A stretch of DNA of 64,000 nt from assembly GCF_044704955.1 (NCBI RefSeq), contig NC_091987.1, positions 188,790,001-188,854,000 on the forward strand, in the 5' to 3' direction. How positions within the stretch are numbered: position 1 is the stretch's first letter; the number at the start of each line of letters is the position of its first letter. The stretch is from Pristiophorus japonicus. Lineage: Eukaryota. Of the stretch, positions 12,240-24,239 are shown piece by piece. The notes beneath the pieces were generated by a model. It saw nothing but the letters and a program-made list of their open reading frames with translations, did no database searches and was not told the origin of the DNA. The translations under genes and the position numbers were made by a program.

Positions 12240-13300
12240 GTCCCAATTTTAAGCTAAGATGCCCCGCGAGAATGACGCAGTTTCAGGTCAGACGGCCGAG
12301 TTACACCCGGCTTGATTTCATGCTCCATTGAAACTCTTTTGAGTTTACCTGAAAAAAAACATAAACATTAAACCGTGCCACCCGCCTGGGTGACACAGCA
12401 GACATTTTCAAGGCCCCTTTTTTTCCTTTTTTTGTGGTTTTTTTTCTCTTTTTTTTTTTGGTTTTTTTTTGGGGCGCTAAAATCACATTTTTCCAAGTGC
12501 CCCCTATAAAAGGGGAGGGGGACACTAAAAGCACCGGCAATTAAAACAAATTAAACTTTAAAACGTAAAATCAAATTAAAATTTGGTTGCCGGGCGTGAT
12601 GATGCACTCCAGTCCCTCCGGTGCCCACCTCTCGCGGAAGGCCGCGAGCGTACCGGTGGACACCGCGTGCTCCATCTCCAAGGACACCCTGGACCGGATG
12701 TAAGAGCGGAAGAGAGGCAGGCAGTCAGATTGAACGACCCCCTCGACCGCCCGCTGCCTGGACCGGCTGATGGCACCCTTGGCCGTGCCCAGGAGCAGTC
12801 CTACGAGGAGGCCTTCGGACCTACCCGCTCATGCTCCATTGAAACTCTTTTTGGAGTTTATCTGCAAAACAAAAAACATTAAACCGTGCCACCCTACCTG
12901 GGTGACACACCAGACATTTACAAGGCCCTTTTTTTCCTCTTTTTTTTTTGTGTTTTTCTTTTTTTTTTGTTTTTTTTTGGGCACTAAAATCACAATTTTT
13001 CCCCAGTGCCCCCTATAAAAGGGAAGGGGGACACTAAAAGCACCGGCAATTAAAACAAATTAAACTTTAAAACGTAAAATCAAATTAAAATTTGGTTGCC
13101 GGGCGTGATGATGCACTCCAGTTCCTCCGGTGCCCACCTCTCACGGAAGGCCGCGAGCGTACCGGTGGAGGAGGCCTTCGGACCTACCCGCTCATGCTCC
13201 ATTGAAGCTCGTAAAGCGTGAAATCAGGTGGGGTGCAAATTGGTCATCTGATCTCAAATCGCCTCGTTCCCGCCAGGTGGATTAGATTAAAATCTGGCCT
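12240..13300. mobile_element. Palindromic MITE split at its centre by Tx1-like insertions
   Basis: Outer ends CCCAATTTTAA / TTAAAATCTGGCC and inner arms CTTGATTTCATGC / GCGTGAAATCAGG are inverted. Confidence 0.55.
12333..13191 (-). mobile_element. Two tandem 5'-truncated L1/Tx1-clade LINE 3' ends (12333-12828 and 12844-13191)
   Basis: Minus strand encodes ..RVSLEMEHAVSTGTLAAFRERWAPEGLECIITPGNQILI*, which resembles an L1/Tx1 ORF2 C-terminus, followed by the 3' UTR. The 15-mer TCATGCTCCATTGAA bounds both units. Confidence 0.75.
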
Positions 13301-13790
13301 ATATCTCTTGAAAGAGTCAGATAAGGTTGTCCACTGTCACCCATCCTATTCAATGACTTCATCAATGATGTGTTCAGACAACATTATAAGGGAGTGTTCC
13401 TGAGTGGGTATTTCTGCAATGGTGCCTCTTGCACAGATGACACAGTGATGTTGCTAGACTCCCCTGTGAATCTAGTCTGCTCTAATCACCAAATTTTGGT
13501 TTCAATTTCACAAAAGGATAATCACAATTCAAGAATGCAATCCTCAAAACATTGGTAACAGTTCTGAAATATCATCTTATTAAAAATATGTACTTATTTA
13601 GTCACCTCAAAGCAATGGCCTTAGTTCTGGGCCTACATGCAGGGCTGGCTTTGAGTTGTTGGCCATTTTCGAAGTTGTCAGCTTCTTTGAAGTTATTAAT
13701 CAGCGATTGTGAGTTTGCTAGGTTGGCATAATATGGATAAGAAAACCAACAACTGTTGCTGTTTCAAAAAACAATGCAAGCAGAGAATAT

Positions 13791-14201
13791 GGGGCCGAAA
13801 TTGCCCCTTTCCTTGAGGCCTGTTACCACCGCAAATCAGCGGCCATGCTGCGGAGTGGAGTGGCCGCTAACTTTTCGTGGAATGGCCGCTGATAGCCCAA
13901 TTGCCTGCCCGAGTTTTCCCAGCTGATCCCCACCCCCGGCTCCGCTGCTGCCGATCCGTCGTAAGCGTGTCATCACCGTGCGCACTGCCGATCTAACTCC
14001 CGACGCCAACATTCCATTCTGAAATTCTTCGGCCCGCCCAGCGGTGCCTAAACAAGCCTTTTCCCAGTGGTCCAGTGAGGCTGTGACCTTCTGCAATGGC
14101 AATGCGGCTTCCCTTATGATCGAGTTCCGGAACGGAGAGAAAAAAAACAAAGAGTGGAATTTTGCGTGCGCCCCGTTTCAGGTGGGAGGCAATTGTGGCC
14201 C
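13791..14201. mobile_element. ~410-bp MITE (PIF/Harbinger-like TIRs)
   Basis: TIRs GGGGCCGAAATTGCCCC / GGAGGCAATTGTGGCCCC. Confidence 0.7.
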
Positions 14202-14831
14202 CTAACAGTCTTTTGCAACCAGAGGTCCTGGACGACACTGTATATGACCAGCAGATGGTGCAATAACCATACTCGGATAGAGTAAATGAATCGAAACACT
14301 GTTAACTTCAAAAACCATAACAGCAGTATCCAGAGTGGATTATCAGAAACTAAAAGCATAGAAAGAAATACCGATTTCCCGATTGCGCCAGACCTGCACT
14401 TGAAGATCAGTGGCCACCATTTTAGATTGGACAACGGTTAGTTCAGAATGCACACTTGAAACGAGTGTTAGGTCCTATGAATTTGCTATTTCAGGACCCC
14501 GATGCTAACTTGGGCAAAAACTGGGCGGACCATGTGCTGAGCATGCTCCCCTCAGTCTACAGCGGCTGAACCCGCGGTGCAGTAAGAACCCGAGGTTTCC
14601 CAGCTTCCACTTACCTTAGCGTGCACTGAGGTGGGGCAGGGGTGCTCCTCCTGGCTTTACAGCAATACTACAGGCTGCTGGCTGCCTGTGCTTGTCCCCT
14701 TGCCGCCACCTCCCCACCGCCGCTCCGGGAGTTGCCTGGGTGACCAGGCCGACTGCTTTCTGGATGGCGCGCTGCATCGGGATGGCCAATAGGTATCCAA
14801 AGCTCGCCAGTATTATGGAAATGGACTCAAA

Positions 14832-15269
14832 GAAAGACTTGAACTTATATGGCGCCTTTCATGACCACCGGACATCTCAAAAGCTTTATCGCCAATAAGT
14901 AATTTTGGAGTGTAGTCACTGTTGTAATGTAGGAAACATGGCAGCCAACTTTAGGACAGCAAGCTCCTACAAACAGCAATGTGATAATGATCAGATAATC
15001 TGTTTTTTGTTATATTGATTGGTCAGGACACCAGTGATAACTCCCCTGCTCTTCCTCGAAATAGTGACATGGATCTTTTACGTCGACCTGAGGGAGCAGA
15101 CGGGGCCTCGGTTTAACGTTTCATCCAAAAGTTGGCACCTCCAACAGTGCAGCACTCCCTCAGCACTGCACTGGAGTGTCAGCCTAGATTTTATGCACTA
15201 AGTCCCTAGAGTGGGACTTGAACCCACAACCTTCTGATTCAGAGGCAAGTGTGCTACCCACTGAGCCAC
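14832..15269 (-). mobile_element. tRNA-derived DeuSINE-type SINE (SacSINE1-like)
   Basis: On the minus strand: tRNA head with A box (GTGGCTCAGTGG) and B box (GGTTCAAGTCC), a Deu-like body (GTGCTGCACTGTTGGAGGTGCC..ACGTTAAACCGAGGCCCCGTCTGC) and an L2-like tail. Confidence 0.8.
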
Positions 15270-15444
15270 ATTCAAGGTCCAATGTGGGCTGAGCATCCGG
15301 CCTCCGTCTTCAGGTGTATATTTGTAACACATCGCTGTTTTCATGCTCAAATACCTACTTTCTCCCCCTATGTCAGTAAAAAATGGCAATAATTATTATA
15401 ATTTAAAGGGGGGAAAGCTGGGTGATGTGGAGTTCAGATTCACA

Positions 15445-16305
15445 AAGCAATATTTTAGGAAGGACGCGATTGCACTGGAGAGGGTGCAGAGGAGATTTAC
15501 GAGGATGCTGCCTGGATTGGAGAATCTTAGTTATGAGGACAGATTGGATAGGCTAGGTTTGTTCTCCTTGGAACAGAGAAGGCTGAGAGGAGACCTCATT
15601 GAGGTGTATAAAATTCTGAGGGGCCTGGATATAGTGGATAGCAAGGGCCTATTTCCCTTGATGGAGGGGTCAATTACGAGGGGGCATAGTTTTGAAGTGG
15701 TTGGTGGAAGGTTTAGAGGTGATTTGAAGGGAGGCTTCTTCATGCAGAGTGTTGAGGGGGTCTGGAACTTGCTGCCTGGTAGGATAGTGGAGGCAGAAAC
15801 CCTCACCACATTTAAAATGTTTGGATGGGCACTTGAAGTGCTGTAACCTGCAGGGTTACGGACCTAGAGCTGGTAAGTGGGATTAGACGGGATAACCTCT
15901 TGTTGGCTGGTGCAGATACGATGGTAAGTACTGCAGTGAATCGAATACGGCCAGAGTGATCTCCTGGACTAGTTTCGATTTCCTGGATGGGTTGGAGAGG
16001 AATTTTCCCAGATTTTTTCCCCAATTAATCTCGGTTTTTATCTGTTTTTTTGGCCTCTCCCAGGAGATCGTATGGCTCTGGTTGGGGTGGAGTGTAAAAT
16101 GTTGCGATGCAAAGGTATCGCAGTTGTGTGGGGCGGACTGGTTGGGCTGGGTGCTCTTTACCTTTCCGCCATTGTTCATTGTTCATAGGTTTAAATGTAA
16201 CCTGCAGGGATGCTGAACGAGAGCTGTGCAGCTCTTTGTCGGCCGGCGCTGACACGATGGGCTAAAATGGCTTCCTTCTGAGCTGTAAATTTCTATATTT
16301 CTATT
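15445..16305 (+). mobile_element. 5'-truncated CR1 LINE (RT C-terminus plus 3' UTR)
   Basis: LERVQRRFTRM..LGLFSLEQRRLRGDLIEVYKI..TRGH; ends in a TTTCTA-type tail. Confidence 0.9.
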
Positions 16306-16494
16306 TCAAGTGGAAATACCATAAAAAAACTAATAGAATATAAAAGTTGAGGTGTAATGGTGAATCTAAACAAGACCACAGGTGAAGTACCGCGTGCAGT
16401 TTTGGGCTTCACGTTATAGAAAGGTTGAGGCAACAGAGCAGTCCAGCACAGATTCAATCGGCAGGTGCCTGGTATATGGGAATACAAATACAAC

Positions 16495-17050
16495 AATAAC
16501 AACAACTTTTATTTATATAGCGCCTTTAACATAGCAAAACATCCCAAGGCACTTCACAGCAGTGATATAAGACAAAACAGATACATTTGACGTTGAGCCA
16601 TAGAAGAAGAAATGACCGCAGATGACCAAAAGCTTGGTTAAAGAGGTAGAAATAATACAAAGAAAGACTTGGAAAATTGGGCCTTTTTTCATTCAATTTG
16701 AACAGATTATGGATGATTTGATAGAGCTGTTTAACATTATGAAGCATTTGGACAGAGTAGATAGAACTCGATTGTTTGCGATGGTTGAGTGGTCTGGAAC
16801 AAGGGGACATAGAGAAGAGATCTAGGACAGACAGCAGGACAGATTTTTTTACACAGAGCATTGTGAGGTTGTGGAATGCGCTACCAGAGTTACTGATTGA
16901 AGCAGAGGCCATGTTGACATTAAAGAAGAATATTGGTTGAAGGAATTTAGTGAGCACATGGGATTAGGACGACTGCTTGTGCGGAGGATAAACCCCAACT
17001 TGGATTGGTTGGGCCGGACGGCCTGTTTTCGTGTTATAATTGCTGTGGTA
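16495..17050. mobile_element. L2/SINE tail fragment followed by an old CR1 3' fragment
   Basis: TTTATATAGCGCCTTTAAC tail motif on the minus strand, then DLIELFNIMK.LDRVD..TRGH on the plus strand. Confidence 0.6.
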
Positions 17051-17556
17051 ATTCGATGCAAAGTGTACCATTCTCCTGCAATCACATCCCTGACCTTAAT
17101 GAGCACAACATTCACATAAAAGCACAATGAAATTGATGGAGAGCTGACCTTCCGATCAGCATGCGAACTGGCAATTCTCCTTTGTTGCATTCTTAGGATG
17201 GGAGATTCTCTAAATCACCAGCTAGAAATTCAGTGGAAGAGCCATGGAAAAAGCTGGGAAAGATGCGTGAAAGGCATTTAGACCGTTTTTCCAGATTGCG
17301 GGGGGATCCTGAGCCGAGGTTATGATGGATGAATGAGAGAAACTCGTGGCAATCCACCCCCTTTAGTCTCTAGGTGACTATTCTTCTGGTAAATAGACTA
17401 ACTAGCAACAGAAATATCAAATGTTGCAGTTAAAGTGCAGCTAAGACCCTGCTTACACTGCTCTCTGCTCCATAAAGAGAGATCCCTGTGTACACGTATA
17501 AACTGCAGGTAGATGGAGTTAAGCTACAGATCAGTCGTGGCCTCATTGAATAGCGG

Positions 17557-17849
17557 AACAGGCTTGTGTGGCTGAATGGTCTCCTCCTGCTCCTATGGTA
17601 ACAGACTCGAGGGGCTGAATGGCCTACTCCTGTTCCTATGGTAACAGGCTCGAGGGGCTGAACGGCCTACTCCTGCTCCTATGGTAACAGGCTTGAGGGG
17701 CTGAATGGCCTACTCCTGCTCCTTTGGCTCGAGGGGATGAATGGCCTACTCCTGTTCCTATGGTAACAGATTCGAGGGGCTGAATGGCCTACTCCTGTTC
17801 CTAGGGTAACAGGCTTGATGGGCTGAATGGCTTACTCCTATTCCTATGC
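17557..17849 (+). repeat. 43-bp minisatellite derived from a CR1 3' end, 7 units
   Basis: Unit TAACAGGCTCGAGGGGCTGAATGGCCTACTCCTGTTCCTATGG. Confidence 0.9.
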
Positions 17850-18399
17850 TCACTGATGTGCCAAAACCAGAGGAAGTCTTACGCCTTAGAGATGAGCCGA
17901 TGGCAACCAAAGTGAGACTGAAGCAGTTTGAGAATATTTACTGAAAGTGTTCTCATACCATCCTGGACAGTGACTGGAACATGTTGCTTAGGGACTCCAG
18001 GGTAACATAACCACTGAGTGAATGACAGGCTGCAAAATGCACACCAACAGTCCAAAAAAAGCAGTTGTTGAGGACAAGCTTCCTGCCCGCAGTAGACATG
18101 TTATAATAAGGTCAACTTAAACATGCAGCAGAACAGCTCACAGGAAGCTCCCTGGGTTAATACAACTCGCAAATGCATAAACTAAGTATAGCTAACTACT
18201 TATTTTCCAATTGCCCACTGAACTTGAGCAAAAACTCCAGAAATTGTGTCTAAAATTGTTCATGTTTCATTTACAGAGTCTAATCATGACTGTTTATCAA
18301 GGCTGGCATCGAAAGACCCAGTGGAACTAATTTGGTTCTCAGTCAAATCCATTATATTGGACTGGTGTAACAATGTAAACGTGCCCTCTCTATTGGATT

Positions 18400-18995
18400 G
18401 ATATAATCGCTAAAAACAGTCAAGCTGTTAAAAAAACATACGAATCCTTGACTTTATAAAGGGAAGTGTGTAGTACAAAATGAACAAAGTTATGGTGAAC
18501 CTTTATAAATCACTGGTTCGGCCTCAGCTGGAGTATTGTGTCCAATTCTGGGCAACACATTTTAGGAAGGATATCAAGGCCTTTTCAAGGTTATATCAAG
18601 ATTTAATAGAATGGTACCAGGGATGAGGGATTTCACTTATGAGGACAGACTGGAGAAGCGGGGATTATTCTCCTTAAAGCAGAGAAGGTTAAGGTGAGAT
18701 TTAATAGAGGTGTTCAAATTTATATGAGGTTTTGACAGAATAGATTGGGAGAAACCTTTACCTTTGGCAGGAGGATTGGTAACCAGAGGGCACAGATTTA
18801 AGGTTATAGGTAAAAGAACCAGGGGGGAAATTAGAGAATTATTTTTAAACAGCAAATTGTTATGATCTGGAACGCACTGCCTGAAAGACTGGTGGAAGCA
18901 GATTCAATAGTAACTTGGAAATATACTTGAAAAGGAAATATTTTCAGAACTTTGGGGAAAGAGCCGGGGAGTGGCACTAAATGGAGAGCTCTTTC
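18400..18995 (+). mobile_element. CR1 3' fragment fused to Gypsy integrase sequence
   Basis: Contains LYKSLVRPQLEYCVQFW and RRLR*DLIEVFK; switches to integrase (NGQVERAVQ) at TTTCAAACGGCC. Confidence 0.85.
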
Positions 18996-19816
18996 AAACG
19001 GCCAGGTGGAGAGAGCAGTGCAAATCATTAAACAAGGCATGCTTAAAATCCAAGGTACCACGCTGCAGGGTCGCCTGTCGCGACTGCTGCTGGCATAAAG
19101 ATCTCGTCCGCACTCATTGACTGGGATCCCCCCCGTGCAATTGTTGATGAAAAGGACTTTAAAAACAAGGCTCTCATTAATCCTCCCAGACATGCACAAA
19201 ATCGTTGAGGCAAAGCGCTGTAAGCTGACTGAATATTATGACAGAAATTCGAGGGGGAGATGGAATGAGATAGGGGACAAAGTGTTTGTACTAAACTATG
19301 GCAGAGGTCCCAAATGGCTTGCAGGGACAGTAACGGGCAAGTAAGGAAACAGGCTACTGGTAGTACAAATGGACAATGGCAAAACCTGCCAGAGGCATGT
19401 AGACCAAGTCAAAAGCAGATTTGCCAACAACACTGCGGAACCAGAGGCAGACTACAATGTGGAACTCGCACCACACCTGGTGGACAGACAGAGGGAACAA
19501 CCTGAGGAAAGGGCAATCCCAACAGACAGCTCAGGCGAGTCAACAACAATCACACCAATCGAAACAGACAGCCCTGGTGAGATACCAGCAACCACACCCA
19601 AAGAAAAACAGACACCAAGGCAAACAACTGAACCACAACTCAGACGCTCCACGCGAGAGTGTAGACCACCTGAGAGACTGAACCTATAACGACAATAAGA
19701 CAGGTCTCAGGCAAGTGGAGCATTCCAGAGCTGTGAATTAAGGGTGCAGGTCCAGAGTGACCTTGACTTCACTACATGTCTCGTGTGAATCTGTACTGAG
19801 GGGACAGGACTTTACA
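18995..19816 (+). mobile_element. 3' portion of a Gypsy element (integrase end plus deleted 3' LTR)
   Basis: ERAVQIIKQG..LRRSTRECRPPERLNL*, then LTR sequence ending TTTACA. Same family as 35109-46236. Confidence 0.9.
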
Positions 19817-21816
19817 GAGCTGGCGATGGAAGAGATGGTTGAGGAGCAGGAGGAGAACACTCCTCAAAACTTTGTCATGGTGGTGGTGGTGGAGGAGGAG
19901 GGAGGGGTGATGGGACTTCAAGGGTCCTTTTTCCCTGGGGCTACCGTTTCCTCGTCGGAATCCAACTTTCTTGGATTCCGATCTGAGGAAGCGGGACCAA
20001 GTGGCATGCAGCAGCCCCCACCGACCACCATGCTGAATCCGCGGTGGCTGATCCGCCAAAGTGGGAATGCTGCAAGACAGGCAGATGTGAGCCTGGACAT
20101 GGTGGCACTGTCCAGGATGAGCATTGACTTGAGTCGAGAGCTCCTCCAGGCCATTGCTGGGTTGTCCGCAAACTTCACAGCTTTAGCTGCCCGTCAATCG
20201 TAGGATATGGCGGTGCTGATTGCTGCGGTGAGGGAGAATACCTGGACTGCTAATGCCAATGCTATGCGACAATCGATGGTCATGGGATATGGCACTGCAC
20301 CCCAAGGTGCCATACCAACAATGGTGACAGCACCTGATTGTTTGGAGGAACTAGTTTCTTCCTACTTTGAAGATGGGTCCTCAGTACTCCCTGCTTCTCC
20401 AGACCCCCCACACATAGCGCTGCCATTATCACCCCCCCCCCCCCCCTCCCCCGGCAGAAGTCACGCTCGAGGTGCTCTGCTGCACAATGTACTGTTCCCG
20501 ACGTGGGCAGCACCAGCCGTATTGATAGCGGGAGGAGGAAGAGGGGGGGGGTGGTCAGGGCCAAGGGTCGGGGGGGATTGGGGAGGAAAGGCGTTGGGAA
20601 AGGTGGCCGCAGGTAGAATCGTGGAAAGGTGCAGGGGTGTTTTCAATGCTGTTTATACTGTAGTTGTTGTTGATAATGTTATGTTTTGTAAAATTTTCAT
20701 TCAGAACAATTATTTTATTTTATGACATTGTTAAAGTTTAATTCAAATTACAACTTTTATTCAAAAAAACTTATTTAACTAAACCTTTCTTCTACTGTAG
20801 TTCACTCACTTCTGGAAAATTAGGAGTCACAGTCATTGTTAGGGTCAGCAATATTAGCAGTGAAACTACAGGCCCCATTTCTTTTAAACACACAAGTTTG
20901 TTCGGATGTCCACACAGTTATCCACAATATAGTCTAAATCCCTTAATAACTACTCCAGAAGTCACTCAAAATCAATGAAAATCACAGAAAAATACATTCC
21001 AGTTTGCTGGCAACTTTACACAGCCTTTCCACCGTTCACTGGGTTGATTCCGGGGATGAGGGGGTTGACTTAGAATTCAGAAGAATGAGAGGTGATCTTA
21101 TCGAAATGTATAAGATTATGAGAGGGCTTAACAAGGTGGATGCAGAGAGGATGTTTCCACTGATGGGGGAGACTAGAACTAGAGGGCATGATCTTAGAAT
21201 AAGGAGTCGCCCATTTAAAGCTGAGATGAGGGGTAATTTCTTTGCTCAGAGCGTTGTGAATCTGTGGAATTCGCTGCCTCAGAGAGCTGTGGAAGCTGAG
21301 ACATTGAATAAATTTAAGACAGAAATAGACAGTTTCTTAAACGATAAGGGGTTATGGGGAGCGGGCAGAGAAGTGGACCTGAGTCCATGATCAGATCAGC
21401 CATGATCTTACTAAATGGCAGAGCAGGCTCGAGGGACCGTATGGCCTACTCCTGCTCTGATTTCATATGTTCATTTGTTTTCCCCCCACAGAAAAAGAAA
21501 ATACCAAAATGGAGGAATAACACTGGGACAAAGCAAGGTAATTACCTAAAAAATTGGCGGTACCGATCCTCAGCGATAGCGGGCGGTAAAAACTGCATAA
21601 TTAGGGAAATTAGTGCTGCAGGGGAATTTTCTTCATTTTTTGGGTGGGAAACGTGGGCGGGCGGTGTGCAGTAACGCCGGCGGTAAGCATTGTCCGAAAT
21701 TACTGCCGGTGATAATCGGGACTAAAATGGGCGGTACAGTGTGGTAATTTGCCTTTGTGGCAAAAACGGGTGGCAACTGGGCAGTAATCCGGCGATCTCA
21801 ATGGAAATTCTAGCCC
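19817..21816 (+). mobile_element. 3' remnant of a Harbinger-like DNA transposon
   Basis: ORF 19757-20203 (..ESNFLGF..MVALSRMSIDL..) resembles exon 3 of the Myb gene at 47588-48390. Terminus GAAATTCTAGCCC at 21804-21816 resembles the TIR at 49317. Confidence 0.55.
21033..21480 (+). mobile_element. CR1 3' fragment
   Basis: LEFRRMRGDLIE..TRGH..VVNLWNSLP followed by the CR1 3' UTR. Confidence 0.9.
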
Positions 21817-22988
21817 TATTGATTCTATAAAAAGTATGTTTAAATCAATGCGACTGCAACATTTCTAAACGTTACTGTCGTTCATTAATAATGGTTCCAG
21901 TCGGTGTTATCTCTGTAAAAGTCTTGCTCATTCAAGTCAAAGCTTGTCATACACTTTACGTTTGTGCTCACCGTGACCCTTCCCTCTTTCCATTCAGTGA
22001 CAACTTGTATTTAGATACCGTCTTTAACATAGTGAAACATCCCAAGGCGCTTCACAGGAGCATTATCAAACAAAATGCAACATAATGATCCTGCCCTCTG
22101 GAACTTTCTACTCATTTGTCTCCACATTGCCACTCCATGGTTTGAAAAACCTTTTCAAAACCCTCCTGGTCAATCATGTCTTCAATTTCCTATCATATGT
22201 TTTCCATTTTTATCCGCCCTTCCCACTCACTATCCATCACATCCTTTCCCCTCTTATTATAAAGCACATTGATATTTCCCTCAGTGCTTCACGAGTACTG
22301 CATACATGCAAGTTCGGGTTGCTTTATCTGACATCAGCATTTCTCGTTCCAGCAGCTACTCCATATTGTCATCAAATGTTGAATTCTATAAACTATCAGC
22401 ACACTAAGAACACACGTTTCCTGCCTCCCTCCACCAAAGGAGAAGTTAGGTTTATAATTGTTAGTTAGAGTTTCACTTATAGTCTCCTTGTTACACATTG
22501 TCCCTCTCTTTACATTGAAATAATACACACTAACAATTCAACCCTCTCATTATCGCCTTTTACACAAAATAAATGTCAAACAGATTAATGCATAAAAACA
22601 TGAAATAAATATACACAAATAAATATCCATTCTATGGAAACATTACTTGTATTATTGGTGAACATAAAATATACAAAAACAGCTCATTGTTTCTCTATTT
22701 ATTGATGTATTTGTTTTACCAAAAATCAGTGGTTTCTGTGGGAAGCATGTTTTAAATATTTCCATTGTGTCATTGGTCTATTTACCAACCGTTAACACGT
22801 TAAAAAAATAAAACGTGTTTCCATTCTCGTCTCATCAAATCTGGTTTATGAAAGGAATCGGGTCAGTTTTTATATTACAGCTCGTCCCGTAGACTGGAAT
22901 AAACACGAATAATAGAGAAGGCACCCTTGTGCATGAAACTAGTATGAAAACTGGATTATCATTCAATAAAATATAATATCTGAAGGGA

Positions 22989-23058
22989 ATGAACAGTAAA
23001 ATGGGATGCATGTTGGTGCAACTGATTGTGCTCCTACTTCCAGCGATGGGTATAGTAG
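22989..23058 (+). CDS. Ig-superfamily receptor exon 1: signal peptide MNSKMGCMLVQLIVLLLPAMGIV(G)
   Basis: ATG, hydrophobic core and a perfect donor AG|GTAAGT. It is 70 nt (phase 1) and in frame with the next exon. Confidence 0.85.
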
Positions 23059-23762
23059 GTAAGTGATCTGATTAAAGTCCTTTAACATTCAATCCTTGAA
23101 TTGAATTCATTGGCTTCGGACTGAGAGTTATTACAAGTAGAAGTTACCCGGTGTGGAATATTCTAAAGTATAGTTGAAGAATTGACCAATAATAGTGTTC
23201 AGAACAACAGTATCAAAATAAAGTTTGTGCAGTTAAAATAATTTGAATAATTGTTCAAAGGCCCACATCATGTTGGTTGGGTTATGTCTCTATATTAGTG
23301 ATATTTAGATGGAGATACTGTTTTGTGTATTATTGATTGTGAATCTTCAAACTGCTATAAGGCTCGGATTGTTTAAAGTTGTGCAGATCTTGGGTAAAAG
23401 TAGATCATTCACGGAACAGTGTTCAAAGTGATGGCAGCTACTTCACAGAACTAGAAACAAAGATCTCCCATAGATTATTATGGTGACATCCTGATCAGTC
23501 TGTGACAGTTTGTGTGGAATAAAACAAGTTCAAAACAGTAAAAAAAATTACTGCAGTATATCAGGTCTCAAATCATCTCATAGTTTAGAATGAAGTCTGA
23601 AACAGACAAATATATTTTTTTAATTCTTTACATTAGATCCAATAGGAAGGATATCTCAAATTCAGCACTGTTTAAATTGAGTTTTTGATATTCCCCATTT
23701 ATGTTGAAAGAATGACTAAATGGCCCCAAACTGAAAATGACAAACTTATTTTATTCCATCAG

Positions 23763-24110
23763 GTATCCCGCTGATTGAGGAGGTGACCCAGCCGCGTCTG
23801 GTCAGTGTCCGGAGAGGAGAGTCAGTCACAATAAACTGTACATTTATTCAAAATGGAAGCGATGGTGACTGGGTCTGGGCATACTGGTACAGGAGTTCTC
23901 CAGGGGCGTCTGATATTGTTTTTCAAGACACTTTCCCGACCTGCATTCCTGACGTTACTCGGGGTGTTTTCAGGCGCTGTATTTCATCACTGAAGATTGA
24001 AAATGTTTCTTTTCATCACTCTGACAATAATTATACATGCGTGGTGAAGGCACTATCAAGCTACCCACCAGTGGAGAGAAAGGGACAAGGATCACAGATA
24101 CAGATTTATG
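23763..24110 (+). CDS. Ig receptor exon 2: V-set domain with germline J-like G strand
   Basis: Acceptor TTATTCCATCAG|, then VTQP..GESVTINC..WYR..SLKIENV..YTC..KGQGSQIQIY, donor G|GTAAAG. 348 nt, phase 1-1. Confidence 0.92.
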
Positions 24111-24239
24111 GTAAAGTACTGCATATATTATTGCAGTTGGAGAACAATGGCATTTATTTTTTATACACATACATGCATACAACTACAGACCAGTCTCAGG
24201 CTTAGTGCATTTTGTAGGACAGGCTGTGCTTATTCGGCT

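Larger units (their letters stand above)
17316..19816 (+). repeat. ~2.5-kb block duplicated in inverted orientation at 39531-42093
   Basis: Near-identical reverse complement along its length: unique DNA, 43-bp VNTR, CR1 fragment, Gypsy integrase 3' end and LTR 3' half. This copy lacks 148 bp (PPT and start of U3). Confidence 0.95.

Noticed and set aside
15200-15269. tRNA gene (also 7030-7097)
   Set aside because: The A/B boxes belong to retroposon heads continuous with repeat bodies; no intact cloverleaf was seen.
17219-17240. GCTAGAAATTC as the left TIR partner of 21804-21816
   Set aside because: The match is short and lacks the GGG terminus; pairing is not supportable.
17557-17849. CRISPR-like regular repeats
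   Set aside because: Contiguous units with no unique spacers, derived from a CR1 3' end, in eukaryotic DNA.
17311-19821. GAGCC/GAGCT as a TSD around the duplicated block
   Set aside because: One mismatch and no LTR at the left end; likely coincidence.
22600-22988. Core promoter elements for the Ig gene
   Set aside because: AT-rich with no motif distinguishable from background; the start site is unknown.
23763-24200. Rearranging Ig/TCR V segment
   Set aside because: No heptamer/nonamer RSS follows the F-strand Cys; the J-like strand and splice donor are in the same exon.
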